Shown here: in pieces, positions 39,949 through 51,970 of the stretch
Position numbering within the stretch: the stretch's first letter is position 1
Layout: each line of letters opens with the position of its first letter
NCBI GenBank assembly: GCA_002269645.1
Contig: NIVC01001695.1
Coordinates: 31,246-95,245, forward strand
Reading direction: 5' to 3'
Length of the DNA stretch: 64,000 nt
Source of the DNA: Macrostomum lignano
Taxonomy: Eukaryota
Program-made: the position numbers and the translations under genes
Notes under the pieces: generated by a model
The model's database searches: none
What the model saw: the letters and a program-made list of their open reading frames with translations, nothing else
Told to the model about the DNA's origin: nothing

Positions 39949-40060
39949 GCGACACCACTTCAACGGAAGTCGTTGGTCGCCAGGGGCTAGCGGAATGGGC
40001 GGTCTCCTCCGCCTCCTCGCTGCATCCGCCGGACGCCCCCTGCAGCTAAGTCAAGTCAAG

Positions 40061-40295
40061 TCTGGGGGGAATTAGCTCTGAGAGTCTGGGATTCTCTGGG
40101 GGGAATTAGCTCTGAGAGTCTGGGATTCCCTGGGGGGAATTAGCTCTGAGAGGCTGGGATTCTCTAAGGGGAATTAGCTCTGAGAGACTGGGATTCTCTG
40201 AGCGGATTAGCTCTGAGAGACTGGGATTCTCTGAGGGGATTAGCTCTGAGAGATTGGGAATCTCTGGGGGAATTAGCTCCGAGAGATTGGGATTA
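40061..40295. repeat. ~33-bp minisatellite, right part
   Basis: Same unit as 34040-34252. Confidence 0.9.
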
Positions 40296-40443
40296 TCAGT
40301 CAGGGAATTGGTTAGGGTTTGAAATCAGGATAATTTGACATCCTACAGAATCCAGCACACGATACTGATATCAGGTAGAGCTACTTAGATAGGCATAGAT
40401 ATTATATCATCAATTATAACCTTGGACTCGGAACTCGGCTGCT

Positions 40444-43400
40444 TCACTCGAACTCGCTGCGATCCCCAAAGATTTCGGTGCCCTGAAACGATGCCGACTG
40501 GCGAATGGGGGGCGGCGGCTGCGACTGCGGCTGCGCTGGCTGCGTCTCATCAGGCCGGTCGCCTTCGCTCCCGTTTGCGGCTTCGAAGGCCAGCGGCGAG
40601 GCCCGCCGATGGACCGCCGGCGCCCGCAGCGAACCGGGCCGGCGGGCTCGCGCCGACGTCAGCGGCGACTGCGAGGAGGCCGGCGGCGGCGGGTTGTTAA
40701 ACCTTACCGAGCCGTTTCGACGCAGGCTCTGCTGCTGCTGCTGGAAGGAGCCGGAGGTCGAGGCGACTGCGGCGTTGACGCTCCGGCTGGCCAAGGACAT
40801 GTCGTCGTCCTCCATGAAGCCGAGCTCCGACAGGTCGCCCTCGTCACCCAGGTCGGCCAGCTCGCGGGCGGAGCAGCGAGGAAACCTTCAAATTAATGGC
40901 GGGGAAACCAGTTGAAGATGACGGGAGGATGGGAGGATGGAAGAGTTGAACTGGCGTGCAGGGGAAGACTGACAATCCGGGGCTTATGGGGCAGAGCAAG
41001 GGAGAGGGGCACAGGGAGAGGGGGCACAGTGAGAGGCACAGTGAGAGGGGGGTACAGGGAAAGGGGCACAGTGAGAGGGGGGTACAGGGAAAGGGGCACA
41101 GTGAGAGGCACAGGGAGAGGGGCACAGTGAGAGGCACAGGGAGAGGGGCACAGTGAGAGGCACAGGGAGAGGGGGGTACAGGGAAAGGGGCACAGTGAGA
41201 GGGGGGTACAGGGAAAGGGGCACAGTGAGAGGCACAGGGAGAGGGGCACAGTGAGAGGCACAGGGAGAGGGGCACAGTGAGAGGCACAGGGAGAGGGGCA
41301 CAGTGAGAGAGGGGTACAGGAAAAGGGGCACAGTGAGAGGCACAGTGAGAGGCACAAGGAGAGGGGCACAGTGAGAGAGGGGTACAGGGAGAGGCACAGG
41401 GAGAGGGGCACAGTGAGAGGCACAGTGAGAGGCACAGGGAGAGGGGCACAGTGAGAGGCACAGTGAGGGGCACAGTGAGAGGGGTTTTTGAGAGGGGATA
41501 AGGACGGACAAGGCACACGGATAAAGTACAATTAGAAAACATTTTTGTAATTTGTAGCAGCAAAGCTGTTCTGCAGCACTCACTTAGGGATCTCTCTGGT
41601 AGCGTGGAATTTCTCATAGTTGATCTGGTACTCTCCATTATCTTTCTGGTAGGTGATCAGCCGCTCGAACCGGTGGCCCCAGCGGATCTCGGAGGGCAGG
41701 TAGCTGGACCGGGCCTGCGTTGTCATGCCCGTGGACTCGATGATGCCTTCCAGAATGACAATCAGCTCAAACTGCTCAGTCTGCAGATCTTCGGCCGAAA
41801 TCTCCCAGAATGGCGAGTTGCTGTTGATCTTGTGCTCCACAATGATTGGCCAGACCAGGAACAGCCTATCATAGCCGTCGTTGAATCCCAGGTCGATGTC
41901 GAACTGCTCAAGCGGCAGGACTTCGTTCTCCCTGGTGATTCGCTTTTTGATCAGGATGCCCCGGATATGGGCCTCAATGAGCTGGGATTTGCGCATGTCC
42001 CCCACCCGGAACAGCAGCACCATGGCGCCGTCACGCTTGCAGATCACGGCGCTCTTGCTGAACATCAGCGTCTCGGCGCGCTTCTTGGGTCGCGACAGCT
42101 TGGCGAACACCAGGCCGGTCATGAGGGCCTGGAGGGTTGGGGCGTTGGGATTCGATGGGAATGGAATGGGATTCGATGGGAATACAATGGCATTCAATGG
42201 GAATAGAGTGGGATTTGATGGGAATAGAATGGGATTCTATGGGAATACAATGGGATTCGATGGGAATAGAATGGAATTCGATGGGAATAGAATGGGATTC
42301 GATGGGAATAGAATGGGATTTGATGGGAATAGAATGGAATTCTATGGGAATACAATGGGATTTGATGGGAATAGAATGGAATTCGATGGGAATAGAATGG
42401 GATTAGATGGGAATAGAGTGGGATTCGATGGGAATAGAATGGGATTCGATGCGAATAGAATGGGATTCGATGGGAATAGTGGGATTTGATGGGAATAGAA
42501 TGGGATTCGATGGGAATAGAATGGGATTCGATAGGAATAGAATGGGATTCTATGGGAATAGAATGGGATTCGATGGGAATAGAATGGGATTCGATAGGAA
42601 TAGAATGGGATTCGATGGGAATAGAATGGGATTCGATGGGAATAGAATGGGATTCGATGGGAATAGAATGGGATTCGATGGGAATAGAATGGGGTTTGAT
42701 GATAAGAATCGAATGGGATTTGATGGGAAGAGAAACCAAAACGAACGCTTACTCACCTGAATAATGACGCCGAAGCAGCTCTGCACCATGACCATGAGCA
42801 CAGCCTCGGGACACCTGTCTGTAGGGTACCTGGTGCCATAGCCAATAGTGTGCTGAGTTTCAATGGAGAACAGCAGGGCCCCAGTGAAGTCGAATAGATT
42901 GACAACGCACGGCTTAAAGCCTTTTGGCTTGGGATGGTCGAAGTCGCCGTGGGAGAAGCAAACCAGCCACCAGATCAAAGAGAAGAATAACCAGCTAGAG
43001 ATGAAGGCTACGATGAAGAAGAGCAGGGCGTACCGCCATTTGATGTCAACCAATGTGGTGAAAATGTCCGCTAAAAAGCGGCGCTTCCGCTTTTTGATGT
43101 TGTACTGCGAGATGTTGCACTCGCCGTTCTTAAATACAAGGCGCTTGTACCTGCGGTCAGGGGCGATGGGTGCAGATGTGGCAGTGGCGGAATTCAAACG
43201 TGGGTGGGTGTCGTGAGACTGACTTTTGGGGTGGCGGGTGGCAAGGGACAGATTTTGGGGTGGGTTGTGGCGTAGGACGCGATTGGGGTGGTGGGTGGCG
43301 AGAGACGGAATTGGGGTGGTGGGTAGCGAGGGACGAAATTGGGGTGGGTGGGTGGCGTGGGACGGAATTTGGGGTTGGGTGACGAAGGATATATTGGGGT

Positions 43401-44310
43401 GGTGGGTGGCAAAGGACGGAATTTGGGGTTGGGCAGTAGCCAGTGAAGAAATCTGGGGTGGTGTGTGGCGAGGGAAGGAATTTGGCGGTGGTGGGTGGCG
43501 AGAGGCGAAATTTGGGGTAGGTGGCGGCGAGAGGGACAGAATTGGAGGGTGGTGGGTGGCGAGAGACGAAATTTGGGGCTGGGTGGCAGTGAGGGACGGA
43601 ATTGGGGGTGGGTGGCGAGGGACAGGTGGATGGCGAGAGGTATGAAATTAGTGGGTGAGTGGATCTATAACTTCTCGCTAAACTAATCTATAGAGAATCT
43701 TTAACTTTGCACATGGGGTGTTAGTTTTATTAACTTCAGTCAGATCCAGAAGATTTACTGTGGAGTTTATAAATAAGTTCACACTAGACACCGTCTGAAA
43801 CTTGATTTGCATTAACGCTGCAGACTAGAGTACGCGTACACAATTTGGTTGACAAAAGTGCTTGACTTTATTAGCATTCATTAGTAAAGGCAACTAGATA
43901 GAATCAAATGGATATTATACACCACTGCTAATATGGGCCGGCTCTACACTGATAATCACTTAGGTAAATAGCTCCGAATGAATCAATGAATGAATGGTTA
44001 ATTAGCTTGACACACAACAAGCGGCATTTTCTTCTTACCGCCGGCTACTTTTGGCTTTGCTTTCTCGCCAGGATTTGACAGTTTGCTGCGGCGGCGGCTG
44101 CTGAGCTGCTGCGGCGGTGCTGGCAGACCGCTGCTGCCGCATACCAGAGCTGAAGCTGGGCATCTGGATGGCGACAGCTTCCGCGTCTGCCGCCAGGCCG
44201 GTCACTGCAGAGGCGGCCGAACTTGTTGGTCGCAGGTTGCCGAAGAATCGGCCACTGCCGGACAGCAGACGCCTCGGCCAGGCGGCCGACTCGCTGCCTT
44301 GGGTTGTCAT
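40444..44310 (-). CDS. kcnj: Inward-rectifier potassium channel (Kir/KCNJ family). Exons 44310-44039, 43150-42757, 42128-41584, 40885-40444
   Basis: RLVFKNGECNI, DIFTTLVDIKWR, LFSIETQHTIGYG filter, GLVFAKLSRPKKRAETLMFS, FELIVILEG, TTQARSSY; in-frame GT-AG junctions. Confidence 0.95.
41000..41480. repeat. G/A-rich minisatellite (ggggcacagtgagaggcacagggaga)
   Basis: Intronic tandem array. Confidence 0.9.
42150..42730. repeat. 21-bp minisatellite (gggattcgatgggaatagaat)
   Basis: About 27 copies, intronic. Confidence 0.95.
43200..43630. repeat. Degenerate G-rich minisatellite
   Basis: ttggggtggtgggtggcgag-like units, intronic. Confidence 0.75.
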
Positions 44311-45179
44311 GGCTTTGATGAATTGAGCTCGACTGGATCAAATCCAATAATTTTACGACTCTGAAATTTAAATTAAGAATCAGCTTATGTACCTATGCAA
44401 TTAGGAAGAAGATAAGAAATTTAGTGACGCATTGTTGCTCAGAAAATGAGTACATGTATATATAATATAATTTATTATTTATTATAATTTATTATTTATA
44501 TAACATAAAATAATTATCATTTATTTATATAAAAATAATTGATAACAACAGGTAATATTTTTCTTTAATTTAAATAAAAAAACAAATAGAATTCATTCTA
44601 GGTGGACATTATCAGGGGAACTGCTAGTGAGCTAAGTATTTATTAGTTTATAGTGCAAATATATATACAATGTTCTTAAAGCTTGCACAATACAGTCCAA
44701 GGACAAGTCCAATTGGTCTGATAAATTTAATGAATTGATATGAGGTAATATTTGCAATTGAAGAAAAAATCATATGATATACTACAAAGTAAATAATATA
44801 CAATATAAATTAAAGTTATAAAAATTATAAATAGCAAAACAAAACATAAACATACACAATATGCAGCTACAATGGCTATTCATTAGGATAGTGATTTTTT
44901 ATTAGAAGCAGGGGGGTTGTGTGCACCCTGGCGCACTTTAAGCGACATAGGCACACAACCAGCGAGAGGCATTACTGTCCATTCTGCCGACTCCCCTGAG
45001 CAGGCACACAAGTGTGCGGATACGTACGCAGGCACACACTCACACAGGAGTGTACAGTGGCCCTAACTTTATATTATCATTAGGCATGTACACTTCACTG
45101 TGCCTTGGGGGGTTGGCTCTCAAGGTTGTTAATTGCACGAGCAGAGCCAAGCCGAGATTCCAATTCAGCCCCAAATTAA

Positions 45180-45250
45180 TGTGACTGCACTTGGAATTGA
45201 GCCTGGGTTGCTGGCACACCAGAGCAGCTGCACTACCGCTGGGCTATGGC
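45180..45250 (-). pseudogene. tRNA-derived (His-like) pseudogene or SINE head
   Basis: Minus strand TAGCCCAGCGGTAG (A-box-like) ... CAGCAACCCAGGCTCAATTCCAAGT (B-box/T-arm-like); stems imperfect. Confidence 0.4.
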
Positions 45251-46724
45251 CCCCCCTTTAAGATAGTGATCATTTGCATAAAACTTTTTACTACTACATT
45301 AAAATTGCTCAAATTAAAATACAGATTAAAGGGAAACATGAGAGATGAGAAATGCTTCAGTTGAGTGTTAAATAGCTTTAAATAAATTTGTTACTGATTT
45401 ATGGCTCAATAAGTGACAAGGTCCAAAAAAGGGATATAGAATTTGGTATATTCTATATATTATCATATAATTTAGTTTTAAATAACTGAGAAAATTTTAG
45501 CATAAATAGGACTAGGATTTAGGAGCAAGTTGCTAGCAAAATTAAATATAAAGTTTGTTTCTTTTCTTCTCTCTCAAAAAGCTTAAAAGCTTTGAAGACT
45601 GCTTATTCCACTTTAGAGAAACTCTCTCATGGAGACAAAATTGATAATCAGCCCCAGGGATAGTGCTTACTTCCATAATAGAAGTTCTATTATATATTCA
45701 TACTAAAATTGTTCATAAAAAATTTATTAATAGTTTAGTTTAAGGCTAGTACTAAATTATATAAGACAAGGCCTAGCCTAATGTCATTATAATTAATAAA
45801 AGTAACTTTAATTCATCGACAATTTATTCCTAAATTAACTTAAACATGTTGTACCAAAGGATTAAATAGTCATATATTAATATATTTTTTCATAGCAATA
45901 ACATTGCAGACAGGTACACATAAAAATTTTAAAATATAGTTGAAAACAAGTCGCTGAGGCCCTTCTAGTTAAACTACAGAAAATAGAAAATAGAATAACG
46001 TATAGTATAATAATGTAAGTATATTTAGATTATAGAATAAAGGCAAATCACGATTGTTGGCTAGTAGGCCTAAGCAGCAGTGAAATTTCACATCGAAAAG
46101 AATGATGTTTGGCCTTCGTAGCAAAGTTGACTGGATTATTGGTGTCAGTATCAGTACCTGCCTGTGATATCATTATCACGTTGGCATAATGACAATGCAG
46201 TGCAGTGCAGGTAGTTTAATAGTCGATCGAAAATTATGTTTTGCCTTCTGTGAAAATAGAAAGTTAAAGAATGGGAATGGATTTTCGCGCTGGTGTCGTT
46301 AAATATACGCTTTTTATGCAATTTAAATAAAATACAGGATTTTTTATATTACCGTAGAAAATGTTTCTGTCTGTACTACTACAAAAGTCTTGTACTATTC
46401 TAGTACAGTTTTTGGTATGCTATGTTAGAAATCGAACATCTAAAGTTTTTTAGAATAGATAAAGAATTTTATTAAATTCAAGGGAAACAAGGCCACTGAC
46501 AACTCGCAAATGTCTGATTAAGAAGCTTGACTGAGAGATGTTCAACCTAGAATTGAAATAAAATGCGCAGTAATAGAGTTTTTTTAACAGCAACAACAAA
46601 ATACATTGCAGCTAGTCAAGTGAGACAATGTCAGGGCGCGTTTCAAGGCCTGGGCTGCTGACATCACATCACTGACAGGCGCGAACGTAGGCCGCACCGC
46701 CGGCAGTGTCCCGGGGCGCCGGCA

Positions 46725-47480
46725 TCAGCCAGCAGACAGTCGACGAAACGCCGACTGCGCGCCTGCCCCCGCCCGGTAGGGTGCATGCAGCATCAGCAGC
46801 AGCACCTCCAGCACCGGCTGTGGGCATGCAGTACGACACGGCTCGGATGAAATAGCCTGAAATGGCTGGAGTCGTCGACGGCGCAACTGTTCAGTGCCGC
46901 ATTGGTGACTCGCTCGTAGCCGATCTTGAATTGGCGGCGCGCAGCAGGCCAGCGTGCGCCGCATCGACCTGTTCAAGCGATATTCCGTCGGCGTCCAGGT
47001 CTCGGCGTTGTACAACAGCTGGACGGTCTCGATCACCGCCTGGAAGAACGCCGCCCTCTGGGCAAGTCCACGGCGACGTTGCAGGTTCTCGCGAACCTCT
47101 AGCCCGCCGAGGTAGACAAACTGCTGACAGCGCGGAAGCCTCGTCCCCTGTCCGCCAGCGCCTCGGCAGAAAATTGCAGCCTCGATGTCGTCCGGCACGC
47201 AAAGCACGACGTTTATCTGCGTGTAAACCACCACGCCGACACTCGCCCGCCACGCTTACCAGCCGGTCCAGCTGGCGCTGGGCGCCCTCGATGGTTCAGG
47301 ACAGCAGGGCGATATCGTCGGCGTAGCCAAGCACGCTGAGCCGCCTCTCCGGTTGGCGTCGACCCACTCGTCGCTGCAGCAGGAAGCCGTCGTCGTTAGG
47401 AGGGAGAGCAGTCCACAGCACCCAATCAAGCACCAGGACGAACAGAAACGGCGCAAGCGTATCTCCCTTGAAGCACCCCG
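46725..47480 (-). pseudogene. Degraded non-LTR (RTE-like) reverse transcriptase fragment
   Basis: LAPFLFVLVLDWV, GYADDIALL, FVYLGG and LLYNAETWT remnants in different frames. Confidence 0.7.
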
Positions 47481-48718
47481 GGGTGGAAGCGAGTTTTGTT
47501 AAAGACAGCTATATAAGCGAATTGCAATAGATAAAGTAAACATGAACACTCAGTTGACTACGACAAACCTCTGAATAAAAAAACCGGTTCAGTCAGAACT
47601 GTAGCACAGATGTTAAGTAGCAATCAAGGAATTGACAATTAATTAGTTAATCAATTCTTAACAAATATACTTTTATTGTAATACATGTATGTAAATTTTT
47701 CCAACCAGAATACAGCTTAATCAATAATTTTTCCTTAGGGCGCAAAAATATAGCGCCTGCGGCGCTAAAATGAGTGCCTGTGGTGCTGAAATGAGTGCCT
47801 GCGGCGCCAAAATGAGCGCTGACAGCGGTACATGCTGAATTCTTGGTTTTGTCCCCCCGCCACTAAAAAGTCCATGGCGACGCCCCTGTGTCCTTGTCTC
47901 AACTGTGGGAGATGCAGATATAGCGTCACAAGGCCCCAGCTTAGCTGAGAGTTATGGCCAGAGTTGGATTAAAGCTACCATGTACATGTAATGTACTCTC
48001 TGCAGTTCTCATCGATCATAAAGTGGTTGCAGGGTTTTAAAATTTCTCATACTGCTGATTGCAAATTGCAAGTTCGGATGTCCAATTCTACGAGAGTATA
48101 GGTTTGCTTGTCTCAGTCGAGTTTCTCAGTCAGAAATTTGATTGCTATCTATGGTCCAAATCTACTTCATTCTATTGGCTTTTAACTTTGTATGTCAGTT
48201 TCTAACTTAGCATATGACAAAAGCAATACTCGGGCAAGTGTGTTTGCAGAAGTGACGCTTTCATCCATGAATTGCACCATAGAGATAATACATGTAACGA
48301 AGAGCTTATGCAATTCAAAGGCACTTCATCATCCATGTTTAGATTCTGGTTGAAATCAAGAAATGAACCGTGAATAATTATAGTGCTTGAGGTGCACCAG
48401 TATATAGTATATATTATTTTCAAGAGCTAATCTACCAATTGATAACAATTTTAATGGATCCTGTTTGCAACAAGGAAATTGTTAATGCAGAAAATCACGT
48501 AAGTACATGTAATTATAACCGACTGAATGTTTTAAAACAGCTTAAAGTTGAATGCGCTTTTATACACCGAAACGCCTCTCTCTGTACATCTCGGATCTTC
48601 GTAAATTCGGAGCACGATTTCTTAAAGTGAGCAACGCTAAGTTAGTCGGTGCATTATAGTCTCAATTGCGAGTAACTGTTGTTCAATAACTATCGGAATT
48701 AAATCCTGTAAATTGCAG

Positions 48719-50198
48719 GCTGCGAAACAGCAGAGGCCTGCCAGTCCGCTGGTGCTACGTACCGACATTGCCGACTTACCACGGCGGCGCGGGCACGTGC
48801 TTAGCCATGGACTTTGGCTGCTCCGATCACTACATTAAACTGTCATTGTGCTGCGTCGCTCAACGCGGAAGTCCGCTAAATCTGGTTGACGAGCGCGCCT
48901 TCGTCCTGACTCCGTCGCTTCGTCGAGCTCAGATGAGCAAGTTCTCCGACTTTGTCGCTCTGTGCATCAAGCAGATGCTCGTTGACAACCGGGTGGCCTG
49001 CACGAGCGGCTCCGCCACCGTCTACATGGGCGTTGCAGCCGGCTTTGACGTCTGGGTGGAGGCCCAGCGGCAGCCGGCCAGCGCAACGGTGCAGACCGCT
49101 TCCAAGGGCTATCAAATGCCCGGCTTTGTGGGGAGCGACTTCGTACTGAAGTTTCATGCAAGTGCATGCTTTCATTCTAGAAATTGTGATCGAGTTTCAT
49201 TTCCTATGCTTTCCTCTTCCCTTCTCGAGGCTTAAGTTCACATAAAAATCTCCGTTCGCCTGAATTTTCCTGAAAACTAATTGCAGAAGTCAAGAGATGG
49301 TGCAGTAAAATCTCCCAAAAATTATTTGTAGGAAGCGTTCAAGAGAATCGACCTGACCGTAGAAATCGTTACGGTGATAAATGACGCAGTGGGCACCCTG
49401 CTGTCAGGCGTTTATCAGGCATTTCTTGGCGGAAACAGTGCGGACTGTTCCATCGGTGTACTGTGCCACCGGATTGGCGCCAACCTGGCCTACCTGGAAA
49501 CTGACCAAGACTTCCTCGAAGTGTGTAGCTTGGACAACCGTCTGCTGCTCCGAAGACCAACGGGTAACGGTCACTGCGTTGTTGTCAACTCGGAGGCTGG
49601 CTTCTTCATCGGGCAGAATAACGAACTCAATGATCTGGCGAATGTTTTCGATAAAAGTGTAATGAATGAGCTGAAAGCGGTGCTCCGACTGGAGTGCATT
49701 ATCTCTGGCGCGTGGTTTGCCCACCTGTTGGAAAGGTGCATTCGCATTCTGATCAAAACGAATGCGATCGATGCTTGGTCACCAGCTGGAGAGAACTGGA
49801 CGCTAAACCAAGCAAAAGGCTTCGAAGTATTCACTTTGTTCGACGCCCTGCATGTCGAAAAGAGTCCGCCTAACGAGGAGCTGGCAGCGAACCTTGGTCG
49901 ACTCCTTGATCTCCAGAACCTGTCTCGTGCCGATGTGTCCCGCATCGCTGTAATCTGTAAGGCCATTGTGGGCCGCAATGCGAGAGCTATTGCAAACAGC
50001 ATCATAGCCATTGCCCAGTGCTCCTACGGTGTCACTTTTCCCAAATCAATGGCGATTTCTTACGGTGGCAACTTGTTTGCCTCTCTGTTGCAGCTGCAAG
50101 ATTTGCTGCAATCCGAGCTGAACGAACTTAAGCCAGACGGAACTGAGGTGAGAATTGCCATCCGCGCTTCGTTCTTATATAAAGGCAAACTTTATTAA
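48719..50198 (+). CDS. Highly divergent hexokinase-like protein (exons 48719-49157 and 49332-50198; 5' part not located)
   Basis: LAMDFGCS (phosphate-1 loop), KFSDFVALCI, SKGYQMPGFVGSDFV, VINDAVGT, IGANLAYLE, VNSEAG, ECIISGAWF and YGGNLF align in order with hexokinase motifs. Confidence 0.7.
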
Positions 50199-50219
50199 CT
50201 TCAAGGGCCACATAGAGAA

Positions 50220-50760
50220 TCTATGAGAGAGGAGAGAAGAAAGATAGGAGAAAGTAGATGCGAGGGAATAAAGAAGAGAAGAAAAACAAGAGACGAGAGA
50301 GGAGAGAGGAGAGAGGGAGAGGAGAGACGAGAGAGGAGAGTGGAGAGAAGAGAGGAGATAGAAGAGATGAGAGGAAAGACGATAGAGGAGAGAGGAGAGA
50401 AGAGAGATGAAAGAGGAGAGAGAAGAGACGAGAGAGGAGAGAAGAGATAGGAGAGAGAAGAGACGAGGGAGAATAGCAGAGAGGAGAGGCGGGAGACGAG
50501 AGGAGAGAGGAGAGAAGAGAGATGAAAGAGGAGATAGAAGAGACGAGAGAGGAGAGAGAAGAGAGGAGAGAGGAGAGAGGAGAGAGAAGAGAGAAGAGAC
50601 GAGAGAGGAGAGAGGAGAGACGAGAGAGGAGAGAGAAGAGACAAGAGAGGAGAGAGGAGAGAGGAGAGGCGAGAGACAAGGGAGGAGAGAGGATAGAAGA
50701 GAGAGGAGAGACGAGAGAGGAGAGACGAGAAGAGAATAGGAAAGAAAATAGAAGATATTA
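50220..50760. repeat. Purine-rich (GA)n-type low-complexity tract
   Basis: Direct. Confidence 0.95.
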
Positions 50761-51293
50761 TTAGAGAGAAGAGAGCTAAAAAGCAGACGCAGGCCTTGAT
50801 CGGACCGGATTTCTATCGTGAATTTTCGCAGGACCCGAGGCTCAGATAAGAGAGGCTTCGCGGGCCGAAGTTTGCCAACCCCTCTCTTAAAAGTTTAACA
50901 GAATTCACCAAGCATTCGATTTGAAAGCGCACTATTGATTTTTCAGATTTACCTGCTGCATTCGAATGCATCGCTGGGCTGCGCAGTGACCGCCCTGAGT
51001 GCCGGCCTGGCTGCCAGAAAAAAAATTGAGTTTTTGTTCCAGCCAAAGCTTTGATGAATTAAAAATACGATCTGTTCTGTCTTGCTTATCAAAGTATTTT
51101 ATTGCACATAATATAATGTATAGATGAGTTTTGCATTTATATTTTGTCGTTTTGCAAGATGCACTATACAGATGCATTGTACTTTAAGTGAACAAAACAT
51201 TGCAAGAATTAGTACAGACTAGTATCAAATGAAAACAAGCTAAAACCCACCATTTAGTAAGAGGCATGAGGATCTCGTCGAAGCTAATGTACA

Positions 51294-51955
51294 TGTAGTG
51301 AAGTGATACATTTTGACTCAAGAAAGTTCCCATCCAGATTCAATGTATTTTAACCAATGAATGCGCTCCAAATAACAAAAGCCGAGGACACGACCCCAAT
51401 CTCAACCAATGAAAAACAGTTATGTACCATCCAATGCGATCAAGACTGAAAAGTACTATAAAAGCTCATGTTAACCAAGCAAGAAGCCCCCCCTTTCTCG
51501 CTCCGCCTCTCCTCGCCTTTTCTCTCCTTCGCCCTTCTCCCAGCCGACCTCCTTTTGACTAATTTTGATTAACACAGTTAGGGTCTCAACCCAAACGCTA
51601 AAACTGATAAATTGACTCACTAAAGCTAAACCAACACCCAATCCACGTTCTACAATAGACTGAACCTTCGGTTCACCCGAACAATTAGAAACACCTTGTG
51701 ACTTAAATCGAACGAGCTTCTTATTTGGAATTCCACCTTAGACATTATATTTTGTGAGAAAACATCTCGAGATCGTGACCATCAAATACAACGGTCTGTA
51801 AGTTAACATCAAGTGTTTGCATCATCAGGAAAAGTCAGTTGAATCCGCCGCCTCAGTTATTCGGCTCTCACATTGATATTTGAAGTAGAACAAGAGCCAT
51901 AGAAGTGAGAGACCAGAAGAAGAACAATAACGCACATATATTTTAAAATATTTCA
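51294..51955 (+). repeat. Probable 5' LTR (~660 bp; start uncertain by a few nt)
   Basis: TG start, two AACCAATGA boxes, TATAAAA at ~51457, ends in CA just before the PBS; the second LTR is not in the window. Confidence 0.65.
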
Positions 51956-51956
51956 C

Positions 51957-51970
51957 TGGTTCCCTGACCG
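51957..51970 (+). promoter_or_regulatory. Primer-binding site complementary to the tRNA-Glu 3' end
   Basis: TGGTTCCCTGACCG is complementary to ...CGGTCAGGGAACCA of eukaryotic tRNA-Glu. Confidence 0.8.

Larger units (their letters stand above)
34253..40060 (+). mobile_element. Full-length non-LTR retrotransposon, R1/Loa-like (I group) with RNase H
   Basis: TSD (T)CTGGGGGGAATT at 34240-34252 and 40061-40073, (AAGTC)3 tail, ORF1 plus APE-RT-RNaseH-CCHC ORF2. Confidence 0.93.

Noticed and set aside
51764-51782. Minus-strand TGG-starting PBS-like sequence
   Set aside because: Not preceded by an LTR CA end and not recognisably tRNA-complementary; the plus-strand tRNA-Glu PBS at 51957 fits the element.
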